Part shown: one piece after another, positions 1-12,699 of the stretch
Position numbering within the stretch: the stretch's first letter is position 1
How the letters are laid out: the number at the start of each line of letters is the position of its first letter
NCBI RefSeq assembly: GCF_030144855.1
Contig: NW_026778903.1
Location: forward strand, 310,001-374,000
Reading direction: 5' to 3'
Source: Hypanus sabinus
Lineage: Eukaryota
Length of the DNA: 64,000 bases
Position numbers and translations under genes: made by a program
Notes under the pieces: model-generated
The model's input: the letters and a program-made list of their open reading frames with translations, nothing else
What the model was told of the DNA's origin: nothing
Database searches by the model: none

Positions 1-187
1 TCCCACCACCGAGCAACATCTACACAAGGCAACGTCATAGGGAGGTGACATCAGGGACCTGTACTATCTGAGCGATACCCTCTTATTGATGCTGCTTTCA
101 GGCAGGAGGTACAGAAGCACGGAGACCTACACCACAAGGTTTTAACAACAGCTTCTTCCCCACTGCCATCGGATTCTTGAACTAAAT

Positions 188-640
188 GTGGATGTGAGTA
201 CTACAGAGAGAGTACAGAGGGGATTTATAAGTATGTTGCTGGGACTGGAGGGTGTACCTTATGAGAATAGGTTGAGTGAACTTGGCCTTTTCTCCCAGAA
301 GCAACGGAGGATGAGTGGCGACCTGATAGAGGTATATAAGATGATGAGGGGCATTGTCGTATGGAGAGCCAGAGGCTTTTTCCCAGTAGTGAAATGGCTA
401 ACACGAAGGGGCATGGTTTTAAAGTGCTTGGAGACAGGTACCGAGGGGATGTCAAGGGCAAGTTTTTCACACATAGAGTGGTGGGTGCGTAGAATGCACT
501 GCCAGTGGTGGAAGCGGGATACAATAGGGTATTTTAAGAGCCTCTTAGATTGATATATGGAGCTTAGAAAAAGGGGGCTATGCGCTAGGGAAATTCGAGG
601 CAATTTCTAGAGCAGGTTCCATGACGGCACAAATTCGTTC
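188..640 (+). mobile_element. CR1 LINE 3' fragment
   Basis: ORF 188..553 resembles CR1 ORF2 C-terminus (YENRLSELGLFS..RR.RGDLIEVYK); degenerate. Confidence 0.8.
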
Positions 641-899
641 TAGGTAAACTAAAAAACTGGAATATTATCTCTCAGATTGTCTTACTGTCTCTCTCCCACT
701 ACCTCCATTTATATTTATTTTTCTCATTTTCTCAATGTTATACTTGTTTTGATGTGATTAATGTATTTATTTTTGCCTACATGTAACTAATTTAAGATAA
801 CGCTCTATAAAGACCAGTACAGAATAGGAAGGCTCTTCAATCCCACAATATATGTGCCAAACTCAATAGCAAATTAAACCTTTTTTGTCTCTACATGAT

Positions 900-2010
900 C
901 CATATCCCTCTGGACAATATGAAGGTAGGTGGAGGGGCAGATGGTGTTGAGGAAGCAGAAAGTCTGCAGAAGGACTTAGACAGATTGGGAGAATGGGCAA
1001 TGAAGTGGCAGATGAAAGTGTCGAGAAGTGTACGGACACACATTTTGGTAGAAGGAATGAAAGCATAGGCTATTTTCTAAAATCAAAAATCCAAGGTGCA
1101 AAGGGACATGGGACATGCACTCCTCGTGTAGGAGTCCCTAAAGGCTTTTGCAAGTTGAGTCAGTGGCGAGGAAGGCAAATGCAATGCGGGCATTTATTTG
1201 AAGATGACTAGAATTTAAAAGCAATGATGTTTTAGGCCTCACTCGAAGTACTGTGAGCAATTTTTAAGATTCAAATACTTTCATTACCAAAGTATGTATA
1301 AATTATACAAACCTGAGATTTGCATGCTCACAGGTAGTCACAAAGCAAGAGACCCAGTAAAAAACAATTAAAGAAAAAATAAAAATTAAAAAAAACCAAC
1401 ATGACGCACAAAAGGAAAAAAATCATGCAATTAAAGCACAGATTTGGGTCCTTTATGTAAGAAAGGATGTGCTGACATTGGAGGGTTCAGAGGAGGCCCA
1501 CGAGAATGATTCCAGAAAGAATGTGGAATGTTAAATGGCTCTGGGACTTTACTCTTTGGAATTTAGGAGAATGAAGGGGGAACATCACTGAAACCTATCA
1601 AATGTTGAAAGGCGAGATAGAGTGGATGTGGAGAGGGTGTTCCACTCTATCTATGGAGTCCAGGAGCAGAGGGCACAGGTTAAGAGGGAAGTCCATTTAG
1701 AACAGAGATAAGGAGGAATTTCTCCAAGTAGAGGGAGGCAAATCTCGAGGCAGGGCGGCTATGGAGGCCAGGTAATTGTGTGTACTTAAGGCGGAGATTG
1801 AAAGCTTCTACAGTCAAGGTGTGAAAGTTTTTTTGTTAGTCAGGGCGTGAAAGGAGGTTGTTCGTTAGTCAGGGTGTAAAAGATGATGGGAAGAAGGCAT
1901 GAGAATGAGGTGTCAAAGGGAAATGAATCAGACATAATGAAATGGTGGAGCAAAATCGATGCACCAAATGGCCGAATGCTTATGGTTTTGTGATCTTATA
2001 TTCATGCATC
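900..2010 (+). mobile_element. Decayed CR1 LINE fragments
   Basis: LQKDLDRLGEWAMKWQM / HFGRRN motifs, then typical CR1 3' end. Confidence 0.75.
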
Positions 2011-2060
2011 TAACAGCTTCTTAAATGCACTTTGATCCAGAAGCTACAACAATGCATCAT

Positions 2061-4542
2061 GTTCCCAGTGTGGGTCTGACCCAGGGGTACGGAGACTGGA
2101 ACTGTGCACGGTGCTCCCAGCGTGGGTCTGATCCAGGGGTACGGAGACTGGAACTGTGCACGGTGCTCCCAGTGTGGGTCTGACCCAGGGATACGAAGAC
2201 TGGAACTGTGCACGGTGCTCCCGGTGTGGGTCTGACCCAGGGATACGGAGACTGGAACTGTGCACGGTGCTCCCGGTGTGGGTCTGATCCAGGGGTATGG
2301 AGACTGGAACTGTGCACGGTGCTCCCGGTGTGGGTCTGACCCAGGGATATGGAGACTGGAACTGCGCACGGTGCTCCCGGAGTGGGTCTGACCCAGGGGT
2401 AGGGAGACTGGAACTGTGCACGGTGCTCCTGGTGTGGGTCTGACCCAGGGATACGGAGACTGGAACTGTGCACGGTGCTCCCGGTGTGGGTCTGATCCAG
2501 GGGTATGGAGACTGGAACTGTGCACGGTGCTCCCGGTGTGGGTCTGACCCAGGGATATGGAGACTGGAACTGCGCACGGTGCTCCCGGAGTGGGTCTGAC
2601 CCAGGGGTAGGGAGACTGGAACTGTGCACGGTGCTCCTGGTGTGGGTCTGACCCAGGGATACGGAGACTGGAACTGTGCACAGTGCTCCCGGTGTGGGTC
2701 TGACCCAGGGATATGAGACTGGAACTGTGCACGGTGCTCCTGGTGTGGATCTAACCCAGGGATACAGTGATTGGAACTGTGCACGGTGCTCCTGGTGTGG
2801 GTCTAACCCAGGGATACAGTGACTGGGACTGTGCACGGTGCTCCCAGTGTGGGTCTGACCCAGGGATACGGAGACTGGAACTGTGCACGGTGCTCCTGGC
2901 GTGGGTCTGACCCAGGGATACGGAGACTGGAACTGTGCACGGTGCTCCCGGTGTGGGTCTGACCCAGGGACACGGAGACTGGAACTGTGTACGGTGCTCC
3001 CGGTGTGGGTCTGACCCAGGGATACGGAGACTGGAACCGTGCACGGTGCTCCCGGTGTGGGTCTGACCCAGGGACACGGAGACTGGAACTGTGTACGGTG
3101 CTCCCGGTGTGGGTCTGACCCAGGGATACGGAGACTGGAACCGTGCACGGTGCTCCCGGTGTGGGTCTGACCCAGGGATACGGAGACTGGAACCGTGCAC
3201 GGTGCTCCCGGCGTGGGTCTGACCCAGGGATACGGAGACTGGAACCGTGCACGGTGCTCCCGGTGTGGGTCTGACCCAGGGATATGGAGACTGGAACTGC
3301 GCACGTTGCTCCCGGTGTGGGTCTGACCCAGGGATACAGTGACTGGAACCGTGCATGGTGCTCCCGGTGTGCGTCTGACCCAGGGATACAGTGACTGGAA
3401 CCGTGCATGGTGCTCCCGGTGTGGGTCTGACCCAGGGATACAGTGACTGGAACCGTGCATGGTGCTCCCGGTGTGGGTCTGACCCAGGGATATGGAGACT
3501 GGAACCGTGCATGGTGCTCCCGGTGTGGGTCTGACCCAGGGATACAGTGACTGGAACTGTGCATGGTGCTCCCGGTGTGGGTCTGACCCAGGGATACAGA
3601 GACTGGAACTGTGCACGGTGCTCCCGGTGTGGGTCTGACCCAGGGATACGGAGACTGGAACTGTGCACGGTGCTCCCGGTGTGGGTCTGACCCAGGGACA
3701 TGGAGACTGGAACTGTGCACGGTGCTCCCGGTGTGAGTCTGACCCAGGGATACGGAGACTGGAACCGTGCACGGTGCTCCCGGTGTGGGTCTGACCCAGG
3801 GATACGGAGACTGGAACTGTGCACGGTGCTCCCGGTGTGGGTCTGACCCAGGGATAGGGAGACTGGAACTGTGCACGGTGCTCCCGGTGTGAGTTTGACC
3901 CAGGGATACGGAGACTGGAACCGTGCAGGGTGCTCCCGGTGTGGGTCTGACCCAGGGATACGGAGACTGGAACTGTGCACGGTGCTCCCGGTGTGGGTTT
4001 GACCCAGGGATACGGAGACTGGAACCGTGCACGGTGCTCCCGGTGTGGGTCTGACCCAGGGATACGGAGACTGGAACTGTGCACGGTGCTCCCGGTGTGG
4101 GTCTGACCCAGGGATAGGGAGACTGGAACTGTGCACGGTGCTCCCGGTGTGGGTTTGACCCAGGGATACGGAGACTGGAACCGTGCAGGGTGCTCCCGGT
4201 GTGGGTCTGACCCAGGGATATGGAGACTGGAACTGTGCAGGGTGCTCCCGGTGTGGGTCTGACCCAGGGATATGAGACTAGAACTGTGCACGGTGCTCCC
4301 GGTGTGGGTCTGACCCAGGGATATGAGACTGGAACTGTGCACGGTGCTCCCGGTGTGAGTCTGACCCAGGGATATGAGACTGGAACTGTGCACTGTGCTC
4401 CCGGTGTGGGTCTGACCCAGGGACACGGAGACTGGAACTGTGCACGGTGCTCCCGGCGTGGGTCTGACCCAGGGATACGGAGACTGGAACTGGGCACGGT
4501 GCTCCCGGTGTGGGTCTGACCCAGGGACACGGAGACTGGAAC
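2061..4542. repeat. 52-bp tandem satellite (roughly 48 copies) in PSMC4 intron 2
   Basis: Unit GGAGACTGGAACTGTGCACGGTGCTCCCGGTGTGGGTCTGACCCAGGGATAC; 52-nt period read directly (2221 vs 2273). Confidence 0.97.
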
Positions 4543-5048
4543 TCTGCATTGTTTTTATGCACAGGATTGTAACAAGCCCTTTTTCATGACACTTATTCAT
4601 TCTGTGTGTCTGCCTTGGAGAATAAATTTGAAGTGCCACGGTCTTAAGGTGCTGCTTCCGCACTGAACGATCCTCTGACCTGATGGGTTTCGTCCAAAGG
4701 TGAAACAACCACTGTAAATGAATGTGTGTGTGAAGAGCAGAATCTGGGGAGGGGCGAGAATGAAGCAGGATTGGTGTCCACGGTCTGGTCAGAAAACTCG
4801 ATGGGCCAAAGGGCCTGTTTCTTCATGATACGACAATGATCTTTGACCAACGGGAGCTTAGAGGGACTGGGAAACAAAGGAAGCAGAGGTCAAAACCCAT
4901 CAGGATAAACCGTATCCAATTCCCGGTCCAACACCTCAGACAAGCACAGGGGAGGCTATTCTGCCCCTCTGAACAGTACCCACCCCACCCTCTCTGTAGC
5001 CCTACCTTGCACAGACCACTCAATGGGTTCAGAACCCCTCCCCCTCAC

Positions 5049-5147
5049 CTTGTACCGACTATACAGGTCCTCCAAGTCCTCGGGCTCTGGAGCAAGGAAG
5101 GACAGAGCCGTGTGTGGTCTGGACGTCATCAGCGCTGGAATCTCGTC
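5049..5147 (-). CDS. PSMC4: 26S proteasome AAA-ATPase RPT3/PSMC4, coding exon 2
   Basis: ttcgcag|exon|gtgagg, 99 nt, phase 0-0; [33 protein letters not shown] matches recalled human PSMC4 [33 protein letters not shown]. Confidence 0.95.
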
Positions 5148-5422
5148 CTGCGAACACAAGGAGAGGGACAGAAATTCAGGAGGGTGTAAGCACCGGGGGC
5201 AGGGGGAAACGAGTGGAACAATTAGCACTGCCATGTTTGTGTACCCACTGTGGGCCGTGGTGTCTCAGTAAACAACACCCCCACAACTCACTCACCCAAC
5301 CCATCATCCCTCCACCCAAATCTGGAGCCTGTTCCTCACCAAGTCACCATGGTGCATCTACTCACTGCTCCGATTCTCCCCTTACCATCTCTCTTACACT
5401 AATCCCTTCGATTCCCCTACAC

Positions 5423-6671
5423 CAGGCATGGGCAAACTACGGCCCGCAGAACTTGATGAAATTATATTAATAAACCTTAACGTTTTTTCCCCGCAATTCT
5501 GGCGTTTTCCCAATAGATGACGCACTCTATATACATTTGTGGCGACCCATTTCCTGGCACATCCGAACCGGCTCACAATTAGCCAGCGTTCCGGCTAAGG
5601 GAGATAGCCTGCAGGGATCTGCGAGCACAGAGCTTTGGAGCCTCTGCGCCACGGGGGGCAGGTTGAGGGAGGCTTAAAAGTGAGGCTGGGGATTTGGAAT
5701 AAAGTTTTTTTCTTCGACTGCAGTTACCGACTCCGTGTCTTAATTTTAGCGCTGCATGTAGCACACCGCTACACATTGACCTTTGTTGAGGTGCAGCGTA
5801 TTACTCCACATTTGCGCTTTACTCTTTGTTCGGCTCGACCTATTTGTGTGAACAGGCATTCAGCGTCATGAACATCAACAAAGCCAGCCACAGATCCAAG
5901 TTAACTGACTAATACCTCAGATCCATCCTGAGAATTGTCACAACAAAACTAAATCCAGTCTTTGATGCGCTGGCTAAAAAGGGAGACCAACAACACTGTT
6001 CCCACTGAAATTAAAAATAAGTTTCTTCGTTGTGTTATGTAAAAAATGCATTTGAAAATATTTTTTTTCAATAAGCCTTACATGTTACATGTCATTTCTG
6101 TTAAGTGATGGACATGAGTAGTGCGCAGGTGCAAGTACGTTCTCAAAATAAAAAATGCGCTCCAGATCAAATAACGCGCTCCGCATACTGTCGCGCTGTC
6201 CCTGTTCTGTCCTTGTGCTGGTCGTTGTTGAGTTTTGGCACAGGGGACAATTGAATAAGAAGGAGCAGGACAAGTAGACCTGCATCTCCTACCGTTTTTG
6301 AAATAAAGACAGTCAGGAGGAGAGTGATGATGATAATATCTTGAAGGATAACAGAATTTTCAGTGCTTTAAAATAATAACTGTTACTATTAAAAAAAGCT
6401 GTATTTTATTCATTTAATTTTCAGTGTTTTAAAAGTCATTTCAATAAATAGCTAAATACCATGGGACTTCAAAGACAGATATTTTGTTGTAATGCATTTG
6501 TTCATTTTCAATTGAAATTAAAGCACATGTTTACTACATATCCCATGATATTTTATTTTCTCTTATGAGGTGTATTACCAAAACACTCCATCCATCTGCT
6601 GCTGGTCCGGCCCCCCTGTCAAATTTTAGAACCCTTTGTGGCCCACAAGTCAAAAAGTTTGCCCACCCCTG
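5423..6671. mobile_element. Non-autonomous hAT DNA transposon
   Basis: Imperfect TIRs CAGGCATGGGCAAACT / AGTTTGCCCACCCCTG; perfect 8-bp TSD CCCTACAC (5415-5422, 6672-6679). Confidence 0.9.
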
Positions 6672-6779
6672 CCCTACACCATACCCTTGTCCTTCTGCCC
6701 TTTGTTCTACCCTCATTTAACTTGCTTCATTCCCCTTCTGACCTCTTCACTCCTGCTCTCCTTACTCTCCTCAAGCTTT

Positions 6780-7570
6780 CCTGCAACTTTTCCTCTTCCC
6801 CCCTCCTCCCCACCCTCCCCTTCACTCTCATCATCCCTCCCCCTCTCTTTCCCCTACGTCACCCTTCCCTCTCTTCCCCTTTCTCCTCTCTTCCCCCGCC
6901 CTCTCCTTCCACCTCCATCCCCCTTTCTCCTCTCTTCCCCCGCCCTCTCCTTCCACCTCCATCCCCCTTTCTCCTCTCTTCCACCTGCATCCCCCTTTCT
7001 CCTCTCTTCCCCCCGCCCTCTCCTTCCACCTCCATCCCCCTCTCTCCTCTCTTCCCCCGCCCTCTCCTCCTCCTTCCCTCTCTTCCCCTTTCTCCTCTCT
7101 TCCACCTGCATCCCCCTTTCTCCTCTCTTCCCCCCGCCCTCTCCTCCCCCTTCCCTCTCTTCCCCTCTCTCCTCTCTTCCCCCTGCCCTCTCCTCCTCCT
7201 TCCCTCTTCCCCTTTCTCCTCTCTTCCCCCACCCTCTCCTCCCCTTCCCTCTCTTTCCCTCGCCCTCTCCTCCCCTTCCCTCTCTTCCCCTCTCTCCTCT
7301 CTTCCCCCCGCCCTCTCCTCCTCCTTCCCTCTCTTCCCCTCTCTCCTCTCTTCCCCCCGCCCTCTCCTCCTCCTTCCCTCTCTTCCCCTTTCTTCCCCCC
7401 AACCCTAACCCTTCCACCTCCATCCCTCTTTCTCCTCTCTTCCACCTGCATCCCCCTTTCTCCTCTCTTCCCCCTGCCCTCTCCTCCTCCTTCCCTCTCT
7501 TCCCCCCCGCCCTCTCCTTCCCCTCCATTTCCCTTTGGCCTCTGCTCCATTCTCCCTCCCTCCCTCCTGC
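6780..7570. repeat. Polypyrimidine (CT-rich) low-complexity tract in PSMC4 intron 1
   Basis: Almost only C/T on + strand; recurrent CCTCTCTTCCCCC units. Confidence 0.95.
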
Positions 7571-7579
7571 AGTCTCGTT

Positions 7580-7780
7580 ACTCCCCCAATGACGAGGTTG
7601 CCGTCCCGGATCGCGGGCTATCTGAACGCTGCCTGCTTCCCCGGGACCCGTCCGCTTCCTTACCACCGGCCGCTCCACCGCCAAGCCCAGCTCCTCCATG
7701 GCTGTCGATTCCGCCGTGTCACTCGCACTTCCGCCGGAAGCCGGCCGCCGGGGGCGGGGCCTATTCCACAGAAGTTTGGA
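7580..7780 (-). promoter_or_regulatory. CpG-island promoter of PSMC4
   Basis: CpG-rich; CACTTCCGCCGGAAG ETS-type sites and GGGGCGGGG GC box just upstream of the ATG. Confidence 0.6.
7664..7699 (-). CDS. PSMC4: PSMC4 coding exon 1
   Basis: ATG..MEELGLAVERPV|gtaagg; 36 nt, same codon count as human MEEIGILVEKAQ; phase 0 fits exon 2. Confidence 0.9.
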
Positions 7781-8729
7781 CAACTTTGTCGCTGCCCTCT
7801 AACTTTCTCCACCTGCCTTCACCTCTGGACACACATTTATCTTTTACAAGCAGGGTCCTATCACTAAACTCACCCCTGTTCCAAATCACCCTTTCCCCCA
7901 GCCCGGCCCAACCACTACTCTCCGCTTTCAGTCGGGATCGATCCCCTCGCCCATTCGGCTCTCCGCGCTGATCTTGCGCCTGCCTCTTATCCCCCGATCG
8001 AGTTAGAAATGCCGCACTTCCTCACTCACCACCGTTCAGGGCCCCAAACAGTCCTTCCGGGTGAGGCGACCCTTCACCTGCGAGTTTCTCGGGATCATCT
8101 GCTGGCTTGGGTAATGCTGCTATTGTTCCGGTAGGCCTGTGAGTCCCTGAGATCCAAGAAGGACCCCGTCTGAATTGTGGCCACTTGGCGCTCAGCTCAG
8201 GGTAGGGCCGCCCATGGTCAAGGGGGGAAGGGGGAGGTTGGTTCCAGACAGAGAGCGATCCAGCCAATGACCCCAACGGTACATCACACACCACAACGGC
8301 AGTGAAGGTGCGGTTCCCAGTCAATGCCACTGGACTCTGATCCCAATCTGTCAGGGTCCATGTGGTGGCTGCCCGTGCATCAGCCTCCCCACGCTAAACA
8401 AAGACGCACATGAGCGTTATCAATTAAGAGAATAATTATTACTGAGAGAGAGAGCCTGTGGGACGTCAAAGTGCTGGGTTATGGTCTGATGGACGGTCTT
8501 TGGGGTCTTGCTAGTGCCTGTGTGGTGGGTGCAATCTGATGCTTCCCGCTGGAACAAGAGGGGAAGGAGGAGGGGGAAGGTTGCTGCTACGCTGCTGCTT
8601 GTGTGTGAGAGGAGTAGGGGGACTGAGGGGTTCTAACTTTTTTCCTATCATTCATCCTTTGGGGTTTCCTTCTGTTTTGTCGATGTCTGTGAAGAGTAAG
8701 AATTTCAGGTTGTGTACTGTATACATTCT

Positions 8730-9190
8730 CTGATATCTCATGGGCCCATTGAACCACTGAAGGAACAACACCTTGTATTTCATCTGGGTGGAGGTAACCT
8801 CCAACCTGATGGCATGAACATGATTTCACAAACTTCTGGTAATTCCCCCCCCCCCTTCACCATTTCCCATTATTGCTTTCATCTCACGCCTCTCTTCTTA
8901 CCTGCCTATCACATCCATCTGGGACTCCCCCCCCCCACATTCCCTTTCTCCATGGTCTTCTGTTCTCTCCTATCAGATTCCAGCTCCTCCAGCCCTTTAT
9001 CACTTCCACTAATCAATTTCCCAGCTCTTTAATTCACCCCCTCTCCCAGTTCTATCACCTGTCATCTTGTACATCTTCTCCCCTCCTCACCTTCTTATTC
9101 TGACTAATCCCCTTCCCTTCCAGTCCTGATGAAGGGTTTCGGCCCGAAACTCGTTTCCATAGATGCCTCCAGCATTTTGTGTCTGTTGCG
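8730..9190 (+). mobile_element. Penelope-like element 3' fragment
   Basis: LKEQHLVFHLGG.LQPDGMN, the Penelope GIY-YIG C-terminal motif. Confidence 0.7.
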
Positions 9191-9519
9191 ATTAACGATA
9201 CTGAAAGGATTGATGAAATGACACAAAGAATGTAAATTATTCAGAAACATAGAAAACCTACAGCACAATACAGGACCTTCAGCCCACAATGCTGTGCCAA
9301 ACATGTCCCTACTTTTGCACTGTATTTGCCTTTATACAAACAGTAGGTATATTATTACGAGTAAATATATAAATATCTTACAAAGTCAGGTGGATAATTG
9401 CGGTATTAAACCAGGTCAGGATTTCCGGTGTGAACGCTGGTGAGAGGCGCCTAGTGGCCTATGAATGTAGTTCACTGTGGAGCCACAGGTGGACCGGGTG
9501 ACGAAGAAGGCATTGAGCA

Positions 9520-10440
9520 CCCTCATAGGTATAGGAGGGGTGTCATTAAGCTGGAGAGGGTGCAGGAAAGACTCATGAGGCTGTTACTGGGACTGGAGGC
9601 CTTGATTTATCAGGAGAGGCTGAACAGGCTGGGACCGTTTACCCTGGTGTGAAGGAAGCTGAAGGTGACTTTACAGGGGTTTATAAAACCATGAGGGGGT
9701 GTTGATAAGGTGGATGATCACAGTCTTGTCCCCAGGGTAGGGGAGTCTAAAACCAGAGGACACAGGTTTAAGGTGAGAGAGGAGAGACCCAGGGGGCAAG
9801 TTTTCACCCAGAAGGTGATGGGTATATGGAACAAGCTGCCAGAGGAAGTGGTCGAGGCAAGTATAATTTCAACGTTTTACCGTGGACAGGTACACGGATA
9901 GGAAAGGGTTGGAATATGTACAAAGGCTGCTCAGGTCAGCATGGACGGTCCTGATGAAGGGTCTCAGCCAAACCATGGACTGATTATTCCTTTCCATAGA
10001 TGTTACCTAATCTGCTGACTTCCTCCAGCATTTTGTATGTGTTACTATGCACTGTATAAGCTTATGTTCTGGCCTCTCAAGCTTACTGTGAGCTTTTGCA
10101 GTTTTTTATTATGAGGGGGAGATAAGTCACAGTCTTTTCCTCAGGGTAGGGGAGACTAAAACTAGAGGGCATAGGTCTAAGATGAAAAGGGAAAGATTTA
10201 AAGGGGACCTGAGGGTCAAACAATTCGCACAGAGGGTGGTAAGTAAATGGAACGAGAGTAAGTGGTTGAGGAAGGTACATAACAACATTCAAAAGACACT
10301 TGGACATGTACATTGATAAGAAAGCTTTAGAGGCATATGGGCCCAAGGCAGAGAAACGAGACCAGCCCAGAAACACATCGGTCAGTGTGGATAAATTAGA
10401 CGACGGGCCTGGTTTCTGCTCTGTATAGCTGTATAGCTCT
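9520..10440 (+). mobile_element. Two CR1 3' fragments
   Basis: LERVQERLMRLLLGLE; TRGHRFKVR; CR1 3' UTR-like ends. Confidence 0.75.
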
Positions 10441-11019
10441 ATGAACTTTGTCTCTCAAGCTTAATAAATAACTATTTGTCTCATCTGGTCTCACTGCCAG
10501 TCGCTGATACTGTTGGGAACAGCAGGGGACAAAGGAGATGGGCATTGACTCCGGGAAGCGGGCAGAGTAAACGTCCCTGTCGTATCCTTGGTGCTAATGT
10601 GGAGGTAGCTGACAGCTTCAAGTTCCCAGGAGTGAACATCTTTCCGGCTCCTCTGACTCCCAGTCAGTCTCCCCGACCCATTCACTCATCTGATTACTAT
10701 TTCACAACCCTGTCTCTCCCCAGTCCACCTCCCACACGACCCCCCCTGCCCCACCGTGGGAGGATCGGGTTGGGAGTGGGAAGTTCGAGACCAGGCCAGC
10801 ACCTCCGTACTCAGGACAGGAGATCGGCGAGTTGTCAAGGACACGCCAAGCATCACCCAATAATGATGATAGATTAGCTGTATTTGTCACATTTGTAACA
10901 TACAATGTGAAAGGTGTTGTTTGCGTCAACACAGTCCAAGGATGTGGTAAGTGCAGCCCGCAGGTGTCACCCATGCTTCCCACTAGTTACTAACCCTAAC
11001 CAATACGTGCTTATGAATC

Positions 11020-11175
11020 CTGCTGCACAGCTTTGGGATATGGGAGGAAACCGGAGCACCCACGGGAAGCCCACACAATCACAGGGAGAATATGCAAACT
11101 CCTCACAGATAGTGGCGGGTATTATTGATACTCAGTCGTTGCTGCTGTAGAGTGTTATGCTAACCATTACGTCCT
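11020..11175 (-). mobile_element. tRNA-derived SINE (V-SINE/HE1-like)
   Basis: GGAGGAAACCGGAGCACCC..GGGAGAATATGCAAACTC core typical of V-SINEs. Confidence 0.55.
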
Positions 11176-11199
11176 AAGGCTGCGATGTCCCTTGTAGAA

Positions 11200-11735
11200 G
11201 AGTTCTTCCAAAATCAAAAGAAATCAAAAGAAAAAAAAACACACACATAAAAGCAAACACCCCACCATTAAAAAAGCAGTCAATTCAGTTCGTTACTTTC
11301 ATCACCCTGAATGTTGTTCTCCAGAAACTTGTAAAAAATGTCCCAGATTTCCCAAAATTTGCCCCGTTTGTTTTTTTTGTGATTAGCTTATCTTTTCGAG
11401 CAAGATAAGAAGTCACTGTGAGAGACACGTGCATTAAATGTAAACACCAAGAGGGGTCTCTGTTCCATTGTATGTGGGAGTGCCCCCAGATAATCTGCTT
11501 CTGGAAGAAGGTGCTGGATTTGATCAATCAGATTATTGGAAAAAAGGTGCCCCTTGATCCTAAATTATGTATTTGAACAAAGGACTTCGTAACATCCAAA
11601 AATGTAAGGTCTCTGCTTAATATTTGTTTTGTTTGGAAGCCAAACGCTGCATGGCCTCCTCATGAAAGAAACCAACAACAAGTGGCCTCTCCCACCTGGA
11701 CTTCTGATGTAATTCTGGATCACCAGTCTTGAATG
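11200..11735 (-). mobile_element. Old L1 3' fragment with probable internal inversion
   Basis: + strand ~11380-11735 encodes C-terminal CCHC knuckle (CIKCK..GSLFHCMWEC); - strand ~11370-11200 encodes the ORF2 end (KFWEIWDIFYKFLE). Confidence 0.6.
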
Positions 11736-12699
11736 CCGTGGTTGTAGAGATGGGGAGGGGTGTAGGGACCGGAGGGAGTTGAGAAGACAGACAGTGGTGC
11801 TTGGACCACAGTGTAAGATGACCTCAGCGACAGGCGGTCGGGGTCATCATTATAGTGGGACCTCGTTGTGTCAGCCACTGACTGCTTCTTTTCCCTCCGT
11901 GGTTATAGTGAAGAATGGGCACCTGTTTGGCTATCCAGATTTGCCACAACAACGGCGGCGATGTCAGTCTCCTATTAACTTGGTCCCGACGGGTTTAAAG
12001 GGAACAGAAACCGGGTTCCCATTAGTTTAAAGGAAGCAGGAAACCGAGTCCCTTGTTGCATCAAGATCCTAAACCATGGAATTGCGATTATTGAAGCTTT
12101 GCTGAACTCTTTCAAACTGAATGTAAAAGTCTACTGGTGTAAAGGGTTCCGAAGGACCTTTCTGTATACACCTCTCTGGCTGTGGCAGTATCTCTTCCAT
12201 ACAGCCTTTCTCCCTCCAGCTTGAACATCAAACTCAAAATAAGTTATTATCGAAGTACAGAACTGTTACGATATACTGCCTTGAGATTCATGTTTTCAGA
12301 CATTTACAGGGAAAAAAGTGACACAATACAACTTTTTATAAAAGCCTATACATAAGCAGATGAAGACTGACAACAGGTGTCAAACACAGGTTGTCCTTTT
12401 CTTCCACCCATCTTCAAGAAGTCCTGCTCAGTGCTCACTCTGTCTGAAGATTCCTTCCCAAGTTTTGTGTTTAGGTGTTATTTGGCTCACCTACATCAAA
12501 AGTTAAATGCATTGCTTGCATCAGATCAAATCAGCAAGCATCGTCACTACGCTTCTGACGTCAACATAGCATGTCCACAACTTACTAGCCCTAACCATCT
12601 ATCTTTGTAATGTGGGAGGAAACTGGAAGGGAGTGGTGCAATCATTGATTGCTGGAGGACCAGATAGTGGTCAGGAGGCAGGGAATCTTAAGCAGGACA

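Noticed and set aside
2010-4708. Long ORFs (up to 883 aa) over the satellite
   Set aside because: The 52-bp unit lacks stops on that strand and cycles through frames; no splice or protein evidence
6636-7783. Pro/Leu/Ser-rich and Gly/Glu/Arg-rich ORFs
   Set aside because: Translations of the CT-rich tract; only 7664-7699 is real (PSMC4 exon 1)
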